A DNA stretch of 46,619 bases from Candidatus Limnocylindrales bacterium (GTDB lineage Bacteria; Chloroflexota; Limnocylindria; Limnocylindrales; CSP1-4), in assembly GCA_036277775.1 (NCBI GenBank), contig DASUMJ010000137.1, positions 1-46,619 of the forward strand, given 5' to 3'. Below the pieces are notes generated by a model. That model made no database searches, had not been told where the DNA came from, and saw only the letters and a program-made list of their open reading frames with translations. Made by a program: the position numbers and the translations under genes. Shown piece after piece: positions 15,285 through 23,529 of this stretch. How positions within the stretch are numbered: the first letter of the stretch is position 1; every line of letters starts with the position of its first letter.

Positions 15285-17560
15285 GGGGCCACCGGCGGCG
15301 CGGTGGGGGCGGCCCCGGACCCGGCGGCCGGGATCGGCGAGCCGGCGGCGGGTGATCCGGCGGCGGGCGAGGCCGTCGCCCCTGGCTCGCTCGTGACGGG
15401 CTCCAGGACGGCCCGGCGGATGGCCTGGGCGGTGATCCACACGACGACGTCTGGGGCGTCCGCGATCCCCGGCTCCACGTACCAGCCCCGGGCGTCCGCC
15501 CAGTCCTCGGCGTCGCCCGCGAGCCGGTATTGCTCGACGTACTCGCCGCTCGACTTGAAGAAGGCCACGACCCGCTCGTTCGAGGGGTCGTACCCGTAGA
15601 CGCGGCCGGTCCGGCGCTCGGATGAGGACATCACGACCGTGAACTCGGGCGCCTCGCGGAGCAGCCCGTCCGGCAGGGCCTCGCTCGACCAGCCCTCGCT
15701 CGTGCCGCCGACGACGCGGAGGATCTCGCCCCGGTCGCAGATCCAGATGTCGCCGTCGATGTGGAGCGACGTCACGCCGTCGACCGGCCGCGGGGTCGTG
15801 AGGCGCTTCGTCGGCGGGGCCGGAAAGCCGCTGCCGTCCGCCGCGGGGGTGTAGGCGAAGATCTCCTGCTCGGACGGATCCACGGTGTAGAAGTTGTAGA
15901 GGCCGGCGCTCGCGTCCCGGAGGAACGTCCCGATCGCGCGGATGTCGTCACCCCACTCCGCCGAGCCGATGACCGGGACCTTCGTCGTGGTGCCGCGCCC
16001 GGTGGCGTCGGCCGGACGCCAGCGCCACAGCGCGTTCTTCACGTCGAGGATGAGGAGGTCCGGGCCGCCGACGGTCATGAGCAGCGGGGCTGCCTCCGTC
16101 GTGCCGGCGGCGCGCGTCCCGTCGCGGTAGATCAGGACCGCGGTCATGTCCGTGAGATTGACCCGGTAGACGCTCGCCGTCGCCGCATCGAGGACGTACG
16201 GCGCGCCGTCGGGCCCGCGCACGAGGCCCGTGAGGTTCACGCCCGAATCGGCGGCGAACGCGAAGACGTCGAGCGGCGTGACGTCGACGACGCCGTACAG
16301 GCGGTCGAGGCCGGCCACGGCCTCGAGCCGCAGCGGGCGGATCGTGCCGGCGGCGATGCCCGCGTCCTCCGCGATCGCCAGTTGCGCGATCGTGTCGGTG
16401 AGGAGCTCCTCGGCCCGGTCCGGGTCGTTCGCGACGAGGTCGACGCCCGGCCCGAAGACCCGGTCGAGATTCTCGCGTGCCTGTGCCAGGGCCGCCTGAC
16501 CGACCTCGATCGAGGCGATCGGCGGACCGGGCGAGCTGAGCCCGCCGAGGAGCGAGGCGCCGACGCCGAGCGAGCCGGCGACCGCCACGAAGACGAGGAT
16601 CGCGACGGCGGCCCGCTGCTGCATCTCGCGCCGGGCCCCGAGCGTCTTGACGCGGCGCTGCGAGGGCGATCGGCTCGGCATCGCGTCCTGGAGGCGCATG
16701 AGGAGCCTGCCGAACACCCCGCCGGCGGCGGAGCGGGCGCGACGGGCCCCCGCCTGGGCAGCGGCGACCCCACCGCTCACGCTGTCGGCGAGCGGGATCG
16801 GCGAGCGGTCCGGGGCACCAGCCAGCGGCTCGGGCGGGCGGACCGGGACGAGGGTCCGCGTGGAGCGGGTGACCGCGACCTCGGAGGCCTCGAGGACGAG
16901 CGCCCCGTGGCTGCCGGAACCACCCGCCTCGACGAACCGCCGGTGGAGGTGCTCGATCGCCGGTTGCGGATGGAGCGTGACGAGCGCGTCCTTGAGCTCG
17001 TCCGGTCCGAGGCGGCTCATGACGTTCGGCGAGACGAGCGCCAGCTGGTCGCCGACGTTGATCTCGCCCCGCCAGACGTCCGGCTCCAGGTCGGCGGTCG
17101 GCAGGCCCCGCTCGCGGTGCGGATCCGGGAGCGTCGAGAGCCGGGCGCCACGGCTCAGGTAGGCCTCGGCCGGACCGACGGTCGCCACGTACAGCTCGTG
17201 GTCCCGGACGACGGCGATCCCCACGCCGACCGGCGCGGTCCCGAGCGCGTTGCCGAGGCCGGACCGCTCGCGGGCGTGGGCGAGGCGCTTGTTCGCGGCC
17301 AGGATCGCCTTCACGACGCAGACCCGGATGCCGGCGGACTCGTCGTAGTAGTACTCGTGCCGGATCGCATCGGCGACGAGCCGGGTCGCCTCCCGGGCCC
17401 TGGGTCCCGGGACCATCGACGTCACGAGGAGGTAGAGCTGGCCCTTCGTGCGCGCCTGCGATCCCACGGTCGGCTCGACGACGAGGACCGTGTCTGGGGA
17501 GTCGGGCAGGCGATCTCGCTCGGCGAGGACGCCGAGCTTCATCTGGAGCCGGAGGGCCAT
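15281..17560 (-). CDS. membrane protein: degenerate PP2C-like N-domain / single TM / extracytoplasmic beta-propeller-like domain
   Basis: 759 aa. aa 1-230 align in order with the PP2C (PstP-like) blocks, but the metal-binding Asp residues are replaced: 'LVTSMVPG' for ADGMGG, 'VGPAEAY' for GDSR, 'VSPNV' for SDGL. The TM is at aa ~317-341. The C-terminal half has repeated strand-turn units (YVLDAATASVYRV, LLILDVKNALWRW, GDIWICDRGEILRV, GRVYGYDPSNERVVAF). Confidence 0.7.
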   Translation of the reverse strand: MALRLQMKLGVLAERDRLPDSPDTVLVVEPTVGSQARTKGQLYLLVTSMVPGPRAREATRLVADAIRHEYYYDESAGIRVCVVKAILAANKRLAHARERSGLGNALGTAPVGVGIAVVRDHELYVATVGPAEAYLSRGARLSTLPDPHRERGLPTADLEPDVWRGEINVGDQLALVSPNVMSRLGPDELKDALVTLHPQPAIEHLHRRFVEAGGSGSHGALVLEASEVAVTRSTRTLVPVRPPEPLAGAPDRSPIPLADSVSGGVAAAQAGARRARSAAGGVFGRLLMRLQDAMPSRSPSQRRVKTLGARREMQQRAAVAILVFVAVAGSLGVGASLLGGLSSPGPPIASIEVGQAALAQARENLDRVFGPGVDLVANDPDRAEELLTDTIAQLAIAEDAGIAAGTIRPLRLEAVAGLDRLYGVVDVTPLDVFAFAADSGVNLTGLVRGPDGAPYVLDAATASVYRVNLTDMTAVLIYRDGTRAAGTTEAAPLLMTVGGPDLLILDVKNALWRWRPADATGRGTTTKVPVIGSAEWGDDIRAIGTFLRDASAGLYNFYTVDPSEQEIFAYTPAADGSGFPAPPTKRLTTPRPVDGVTSLHIDGDIWICDRGEILRVVGGTSEGWSSEALPDGLLREAPEFTVVMSSSERRTGRVYGYDPSNERVVAFFKSSGEYVEQYRLAGDAEDWADARGWYVEPGIADAPDVVVWITAQAIRRAVLEPVTSEPGATASPAAGSPAAGSPIPAAGSGAAPTAPPVAP

Positions 17561-17668
17561 CGAGCCTCTGCCAGGGTCTGGGAGGTTGGTGGGGCGGGAT
17601 TATCGCACGGGGGCCGGTGTGGACAGCCTCGGGCGCGGGCGGCCGCGCCCGCGCGCCGCCACCCGCCG

Positions 17669-18022
17669 TCAGCTTCCCGAAGACGGACCCGGACGCCGGA
17701 GCGTGACGCGGAGCTCGCGGATCTGGGCCCCTGCCGGCGCGGCGCGGAACGCCTCGGCCAGCTGCCGGGCGTGGAGCCGCAGCTCCTGGGCGACGATCGG
17801 CGCGTCGGCCTCGACGAGGAGCGCGTCGCCCTCGATCCGGAGCGCGCGGCAGGCGCCGTGGGCGGCGGGGGCCCGCTCGGCCACGATCGCGTCGAATGTC
17901 GCCGCGGCGCGCGCGCGTCGGAGCTCGTCGGCAAGCCCGAGCCGCGCCGCCGCGTCCGGGATGAGGTCGCCGATCCGCGACATCGGCCGGCGCCGGCGGC
18001 GCTCCCGATCCTCGTCGCTCAT
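17669..18022 (-). CDS. dciA: DUF721 (DciA-like) protein
   Basis: 117 aa at the tail of track ORF 17669-19087. ATG 18022 overlaps the recF stop (ATGA). 'IGDLIPDAAARLGL…FDAIVAERAPAAHGACRALRIEGDALLVEADAPIVAQELRL' fits the DUF721 pattern. The position after recF is the classical actinobacterial one. Confidence 0.7.
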   Translation of the reverse strand: MSDEDRERRRRRPMSRIGDLIPDAAARLGLADELRRARAAATFDAIVAERAPAAHGACRALRIEGDALLVEADAPIVAQELRLHARQLAEAFRAAPAGAQIRELRVTLRRPGPSSGS

Positions 18023-19089
18023 CGCGATGGGACGGCCGGCCCGACGAGCTCGGCGCCGGCCTCGGACGGGACGACGCGCCAGGTCGTGGCGATCTCGAGG
18101 AGCGCCGGATCGAGGTCGTCGAGGGTCGTCGTCGTCACGAATGCCTGGGGCAGCCCCGCGATCCGGCGGACGAGGTGCGACCGGCGCTCGGGGTCCAGCT
18201 CCGAGAAGACGTCGTCGAGGAGGAGGAGCGGCGGGCGGCCGTCGTGGGCGGTCATCAGGTCGAGCTCCGCGAGCTTGAAGGCGAGGATCGCGGTCCGCTG
18301 CTGGCCCCGGGACGCGAAGCCGGCGAGGTCCCGGCCCTCGTACCCGAACGACAGGTCGTCCCGATGCGGCCCGACGAGGGTCGTCCCGTTCCAGGCCTCC
18401 TTCTCGGCCGTCTCCGCGAGCCGCCGCTCCAGGGCCTGTCGCGGCGACTCGCCGGCGGCGGCCGGTGCGTTCGTCTCGTAGCGGAGGTGGAGCGGCGCGC
18501 GCTGCGCCTCGTCCGGCGCGATCTCGGCATGGGCGGCGGCGAGCGGCGCCGCCAGCTCGGCGAGGAGCTGGAGCCGGGCGGTCACGACCTCGCTGCCGGC
18601 ATCGAGGAACGGCCGGTCCCAGTACCGGAGGTCGGCCCGGTCCGCCGCCTCCTCGCGGATCGCGCGGAGGAGGCCGTTCCGCTGCTGGAGCGCCCGGCCG
18701 TAGGTCGAGAGGGCGGCACCGTAGGCGGGGAAGCGGTTCGTCGCCACCCGGTCGAGTGCGGCCCGGCGGAGCGCCGGCGCGCCGGCGATCAGGAGCATGT
18801 CCTCCGGCGCGAAGACCACGACCCGGAGCGCGCCGGCCAGGGTCGTGGCACGGCGGGGCACGCCGTTGACCCGGATCCGCTTCCGGCCGCCGCCGGCCGA
18901 TGCCGGGCTGCCAGGCCGGACGAGGGCGACCTCGAGGGTGTCGCTGCCGACGGAGCCCTCGACCCGGGCGAGGTCCGCGCCCCATCGGATGAGCTCGGCG
19001 TCGGTCGTCGTCCGATGCGAGTGGCCCCAGGCGAGCAGGACGATCCCCTCGAGGAGGCTCGTCTTGCCGGCCGCGTTCGGGCCCCACAC
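18019..19089 (-). CDS. recF: DNA replication/repair protein RecF (N-terminus unresolved)
   Basis: Walker A 'GPNAAGKT', signature 'SRGQQRT' and Walker B 'LLLLDDV' are present. GTG 19089 sits immediately before Walker A. The conserved N-terminal strand (TLGSIRLADLRGYGALAASFGPGPQL) continues in frame up to ~19167 with no ATG/GTG/TTG. Confidence 0.85.
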   Translation of the reverse strand: MWGPNAAGKTSLLEGIVLLAWGHSHRTTTDAELIRWGADLARVEGSVGSDTLEVALVRPGSPASAGGGRKRIRVNGVPRRATTLAGALRVVVFAPEDMLLIAGAPALRRAALDRVATNRFPAYGAALSTYGRALQQRNGLLRAIREEAADRADLRYWDRPFLDAGSEVVTARLQLLAELAAPLAAAHAEIAPDEAQRAPLHLRYETNAPAAAGESPRQALERRLAETAEKEAWNGTTLVGPHRDDLSFGYEGRDLAGFASRGQQRTAILAFKLAELDLMTAHDGRPPLLLLDDVFSELDPERRSHLVRRIAGLPQAFVTTTTLDDLDPALLEIATTWRVVPSEAGAELVGPAVPSR

Positions 19090-19175
19090 GAGCTGGGGGC
19101 CGGGGCCGAAGCTCGCGGCCAGGGCCCCGTAGCCGCGGAGGTCCGCGAGCCGGATCGAGCCGAGCGTGGCCGGTC

Positions 19176-20294
19176 CTACGAGGTCGTCCGGACGGGCATC
19201 ACGACGTGGACGTAGTGATCGTCGCCGACCGGCTTGAAGACGCCCGGGGCCAGCGGGCCCTGGAGCTCGATCGCGAACTGGTCGGCCCCGACGTTCGTCA
19301 GGACGTCAGCGAGGTACTTGGCGTTGAACGCGATCGTGGTCCCGTCGCCCTCGACCGCCGCCTCGACCTGGCCGACGTGGTCGCCGATCTCGGCGTTCGC
19401 GCTGACCGTGATTCCGGCGTCGCCGTCCGCGCTGATCTGGAGCTTCACGATGTTCGCCGACTCGTGCGCGATGAGCGCCGCCGGGCGGACGGCCCGGAGG
19501 AGCTCCTCGCGATCGAGGACGGCCCGGGTCGTGTGGGCCTTCGGCATGACGGTCTGGTAGTTCGGGAACTGCCCGTCGATGAGCCGGCTGACGAGGTCGA
19601 CACCCTCGAGATGGAAGAGGATCTGGTTGCGCGACTGGGCGAGCACGAGCTCGACCGGGTCGTCGGAGTCGCCGAGGACGCGCATCAGCTCGGTCAGGGC
19701 CCTGGCCGGGACCACGACGCTCGTCTCGGCCACCGCGTCGAGGACCGGGATCGTCTTCACCGCGATCCGGTAGTTGTCGGCAGCGGCGAGCGTGAGGGTG
19801 TCGCCCTCGAACCGGCAGAGGACCCCGGTCAGGATCGGGCGGGCCTCGTCCGACGCGGCCGCGAACGCCGTCTGCTCGAGGGCCCGGCGAAGGACGTTCT
19901 GGGCGATCCGCGTCGTCGGCCGCTCGCCGGTCGTCTGGATCGCCGGGAACTCCTCGGCGTCGATCCCCTTGAGGTTCGATTCGAATCGCCCGCAGCGGAG
20001 GTGCAGCGTCTCGTTCGGGCCGAGCTCCAGGTCGACCCGGTCACCGCCCTGGAGCGAGTTCACGAGGTCCGTCAGCAGCTTGGCCGGGACGGTCGTCGCG
20101 CCGTCGGACTCGATCTTGCCGGGCACCCAGTACGTGATCCCGATCTCGAGGTTCGTCGCGGTGAGCTTGAGCCCCGCGTCCTCCGTCCGGAGGAGGACGT
20201 TGGCGAGAACGGGCAGCGTGCTGCGCGTGGAGACCGCCCGGCTGACGACGGACAGGCCGCGCGCCAGGTTCTCCTGCATGACCGAGAGCTTCAC
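19176..20294 (-). CDS. dnaN: DNA polymerase III beta sliding clamp
   Basis: '(V)KLSVMQENLARGLSVVSRAVSTRSTLPVLANVLL…' is colinear with DnaN. GTG 20294 gives the canonical MKxxV N-terminus. The track start at 20312 is a TTG six codons upstream. Confidence 0.9.
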   Translation of the reverse strand: MKLSVMQENLARGLSVVSRAVSTRSTLPVLANVLLRTEDAGLKLTATNLEIGITYWVPGKIESDGATTVPAKLLTDLVNSLQGGDRVDLELGPNETLHLRCGRFESNLKGIDAEEFPAIQTTGERPTTRIAQNVLRRALEQTAFAAASDEARPILTGVLCRFEGDTLTLAAADNYRIAVKTIPVLDAVAETSVVVPARALTELMRVLGDSDDPVELVLAQSRNQILFHLEGVDLVSRLIDGQFPNYQTVMPKAHTTRAVLDREELLRAVRPAALIAHESANIVKLQISADGDAGITVSANAEIGDHVGQVEAAVEGDGTTIAFNAKYLADVLTNVGADQFAIELQGPLAPGVFKPVGDDHYVHVVMPVRTTS

Positions 20295-20869
20295 GTCGGG
20301 TCCACTCCACAACGGGTGCGATGACGGCGATCAGATGGTACGGCGCCGGCGGACGGATGGGCAGGTCCGGGCTCGCGGGGCGCCATCCCGGAGGCGTCAC
20401 CGGCCGAGCCCGCGGCGGTCCGGCTCGAGGGGCCGGGTCGCCGGTCGGGGCGTGCCGTCGTGGTGTGTATCTTCCTCCATTCTCAAGAGACCGTCACCGT
20501 CATCACCGTGGTGTGGAGACGGTGGACGGGCACGCTCCGTCCCGTTCGATCGGGATGTGCCCGAGGCCGCCGGTCCCGTGGACATCCGGGCGCCGGCGAG
20601 GCCGAACCGGGGCGCGATGCCGGGCGCGATGTGGACAGCGATCGGCCGCCGCCCCCGGTCGTCCGGGTCGGTCCACGGAGGCACAGGCGTCCGGACACGC
20701 GCCGACCGCGCTCGTCGGCTGCGCCGCTGCGCTTGTCAACGCCGTCGGTCGGGTTGTCCACGGACCGGGGCGGATCGTCGAGGCGCGATCACGCCGTGGG
20801 TCGGCCGGGGAGAAGCGGTGCTCCGCAGTCCGCCGCCGTGAGATGGCTCCGGCTTGGCGGGCCTGGGCG
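20295..20869. other. probable oriC (dnaA-dnaN intergenic DnaA-box cluster plus AT-rich unwinding patch)
   Basis: DnaA-box-like 9-mers, scored against TTGTCCACA:
- TTGTCCACG at 20754-20762 (8/9).
- CTGTCCACA on the - strand at 20630-20638 (8/9).
- ATGTCCACG on the - strand at 20577-20585.
- GTCTCCACA on the - strand at 20512-20520.
- TTGTCAACG at 20733-20741.
- CACTCCACA at 20303-20311.
The most AT-rich patch in the region (TGTATCTTCCTCCATTCTCAAGAGA) lies at 20466-20490. Confidence 0.65.
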
Positions 20870-22267
20870 TCAGTCGGCGTAGATGAGCTCGCGGACCGCC
20901 GAGATCTCCCGGCGCAGCTCGTCGTTGGCACCCGACTCGCGGGTGATCTTGTCGCAGGCGTGGAGGACCGTGGAGTGGTCCCGTCCGCCGAGCTCCGCGC
21001 CGATCCGGAGGAGCGACACGTCCGTCTCCTCGCGCATGAGGAACATCGCGATCTGGCGCGGGACGACGATCGCCTTGTCGCGCTTCTGGCCCTTGAGCAG
21101 GTCCAGCCCCACGCCGTAGTAGTCGGACACCGCCTTGACGATCCGTTCCGGCGTGATCTGCCGCTTCTTCGGGTTGTAGAGGACGTTCGAGAGCACGGCC
21201 TGGGCCAGCTCGATCGAGATCGGCATGGCGCCCATCGAGGCGTAGGCGACGATCCGGTTCAGGGCGCCCTCGAGCTCGCGGATGTTGCTGACGACCTTGC
21301 GGGCGATGAACTCGATGACGTCGGACGTGATCGGGACGCCGCCCTCCTCCGCCTTCGCCCGGAGGATCGCGATCCGCGTCTCGAGGTCGGGTGCGGTGAG
21401 GTCCGCGATGAGGCCCCATTCGAACCGGCTTCGGAGCCGCTCCTCGAGGGTCAGGATCGCCTTCGGGGGCCGGTCCGAGCTCAGGACGATCTGCTTGCCG
21501 TCCTCGTGGATCGCATTGAAGGTGTGGAAGAACTCCTCCTGGGTCCGCTCCTTGTCGGCGATGAACTGGATGTCGTCGATGAGGAGGAGGTCGATCCGCC
21601 GATAGCGCGATCGGAAGTCGTCGATCTTGCCCTGCTGGATCGAGGTGATGAACTCGTTCGTGAACTTCTCGGACGTCGCGTAGACGACCCGCTTCCGGGG
21701 GAACTTCGCCGCGACCTGGTTCCCGATCGCGTGCATGAGGTGGGTCTTCCCGAGGCCGACGCCGCCGTAGAGGAAGAGCGGGTTGTAGGCGTGGCCGGGC
21801 CGCTCGGCGACGGACAGGCTCGCGGCATGGGCGAGCCGGTTGGCCGACCCGACGATGAAGTTCGCGAACGTGTAGCGGGCGTTGATGTTCGTCGCGCCGC
21901 CGTCCCCGCCGACCCGGGTCGCCTCGACGCGGACGTGCTGGGAGCTCGGCAGGGCGACCGGGCGGTCCGCCGGCACCGGCGCCGGGTCGCCCTCCGCCTC
22001 GGGCTCCGCCAGGGATTCTGGTGCCGTGCCGACGACGAACTCGACCTGGACGCTGTAGCCGACGATCCGGGCCAGCGTCTGCGAGATCAGCGAGCGGTAG
22101 CGACTCTCGAGCCAGTCCTTCGCGAAGCCGTTCGGGACCGCGATCCGGAAGCGGTTGTCGTCGACGTCGACGAGCATCGTGTCGCGGAGCCAGGTCTCGA
22201 AGTTCGCCGGGGAGAGGGAAACCTGGAGCTCCCCGAGGGCGGCGCGCCAGACCTGCTTCGCGTCCAT
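20870..22267 (-). CDS. dnaA: chromosomal replication initiator protein DnaA
   Basis: 465 aa. Domain I is 'VWRAALGELQVSLSPANFETWL'. The AAA+ region has 'YGGVGLGKTHLMHA' and 'LLIDDIQF'. Domain IV has 'RIGAELGGRDHSTVLHA'. Confidence 0.95.
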   Translation of the reverse strand: MDAKQVWRAALGELQVSLSPANFETWLRDTMLVDVDDNRFRIAVPNGFAKDWLESRYRSLISQTLARIVGYSVQVEFVVGTAPESLAEPEAEGDPAPVPADRPVALPSSQHVRVEATRVGGDGGATNINARYTFANFIVGSANRLAHAASLSVAERPGHAYNPLFLYGGVGLGKTHLMHAIGNQVAAKFPRKRVVYATSEKFTNEFITSIQQGKIDDFRSRYRRIDLLLIDDIQFIADKERTQEEFFHTFNAIHEDGKQIVLSSDRPPKAILTLEERLRSRFEWGLIADLTAPDLETRIAILRAKAEEGGVPITSDVIEFIARKVVSNIRELEGALNRIVAYASMGAMPISIELAQAVLSNVLYNPKKRQITPERIVKAVSDYYGVGLDLLKGQKRDKAIVVPRQIAMFLMREETDVSLLRIGAELGGRDHSTVLHACDKITRESGANDELRREISAVRELIYAD

Positions 22268-22660
22268 TCGTCGATGACGGCTCTGCTTCGGGGGGCTGCG
22301 ATGGATCGTACGGCTGGATTCGACTCGAGCCGACGCGTCGAGCCTTGGGAACGCCGGGATGCTCGGAACGACGGCTGCTGGGACCGGCCTCCGGTCGGTC
22401 CCGGGTCCCTCGACGCGGGCGCCGCGGGGGGCCGTCCGGGGTGCCGAGGGTCCCGAAAGATAGCACCGCGCCGGAACCCTCGCAAGGCGATTCTGCGATA
22501 CTCCCCAGGAGTATTGTCGCTCGGGTCTCCGACGGACTCCGGGCCGATGTCGGTCGCGGCCGCCGGGCCTCCGGGCCGGGTGCGTCCCGACATCCGCTCG
22601 TGCAGGCTCGCGGCGCCGGCCGGCGCTGCCGCGCGGGGCCTTCGCGGGCGCGCGAGCGGG

Positions 22661-22690
22661 TTTGACACCCCTTCTCGGGGCGTCCTATGA
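22661..22690 (+). promoter_or_regulatory. near-consensus sigma70-type promoter upstream of rpmH
   Basis: TTGACA at 22661-22666, an 18-nt spacer, then TATGAT at 22685-22690. This predicts a ~110-nt leader containing nested GC hairpins (AACGCGCC…GGCGCGTT). Confidence 0.5.
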
Positions 22691-22807
22691 TCCCCCGGAC
22701 GACGAACGCGCCAACGCGCCAATGGGCGCTCGGCGCGTTTGCGTGCCTCTAGGGGTCGAGACCGACACAGCCCCGAGGCCTGATGGAGAGGATCCCGCGC
22801 AGCCCCG

Positions 22808-22942
22808 ATGAAGCAGACCTACCAGCCCAAGAAGCGACATCGCGCCAAGGAACACGGCTTCCGCGCCCGGATGAAGTCCACGGGCGGCCGCCGCGTCCTG
22901 GCCGCTCGGCGGGCTCGCGGTCGCAAGCGACTGACGGTCTGA
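22808..22942 (+). CDS. rpmH: 50S ribosomal protein L34
   Basis: It is not in the ORF track because it is only 44 aa. The translation [44 protein letters not shown] is the unmistakable L34 sequence. Confidence 0.9.
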   Translation: MKQTYQPKKRHRAKEHGFRARMKSTGGRRVLAARRARGRKRLTV

Positions 22943-22977
22943 CGGACGGTCGCGGCCGGCTTCGACCGCGGCTGGTG

Positions 22978-23310
22978 ATGCTCTCCCGTCCGCAGGATTT
23001 CGCGGCCCTCCAGGAGCGTGGGACGATGCGGTCCCATCCGCTGCTCGCGGCGCGGATCGCGCGGACGGACCTCGGGACGACGCGCTTCGGGTTCGCGACC
23101 GGGCGGGCCCTCGGCTCGGCGGTCGTCCGCAACCGGGTCCGGCGACGGCTCCGCGGGGCACTCAGGGTGATGGCGCCCTCGTTCCAGCCCGGCTGGGACG
23201 TCCTCATCATCGCCCGGCCGGCGCTCGTCGCAGCCGACCACGAGGCATTGGTCGCGGCGCTCAACCGGCTCCTTGGCCGGGCCGGCGTCCTGGGAGGAAC
23301 CGACGCGTGA
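22978..23310 (+). CDS. rnpA: ribonuclease P protein component
   Basis: 110 aa from ATG 22978 (GTG 22975 is also possible). 'LSRPQDFAALQERGTMRSHPLL…GSAVVRNRVRRRLRGAL' contains the RnpA RNR motif. It directly follows rpmH, and its stop overlaps the yidD GTG. Confidence 0.8.
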   Translation: MLSRPQDFAALQERGTMRSHPLLAARIARTDLGTTRFGFATGRALGSAVVRNRVRRRLRGALRVMAPSFQPGWDVLIIARPALVAADHEALVAALNRLLGRAGVLGGTDA

Positions 23311-23513
23311 AGCGGATCGGAATCGGGTTGATCCACCTGTACCGATTCGCGTTCGCCTGGCTGCCCACCTCCTGCCGCTACGAGCCGACCTGTTCGCGCT
23401 ACACGGAGCAGGCCATCGACCGCTACGGCCTCCTGCGCGGCAGCTGGATGGGCGCTCGACGGATCGCCCGCTGCCATCCCGGCCACCCCGGCGGGTTCGA
23501 CCCCGTCCGATGA
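23307..23513 (+). CDS. yidD: membrane protein insertion efficiency factor YidD
   Basis: 68 aa. 'LIHLYRFAFAWLPTSCRYEPTCSRYTEQAI…CHPGHPGGFDPV' is the YidD signature. Confidence 0.9.
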   Translation: MKRIGIGLIHLYRFAFAWLPTSCRYEPTCSRYTEQAIDRYGLLRGSWMGARRIARCHPGHPGGFDPVR

Positions 23514-23529
23514 ACGAGGTCCCCACCGC

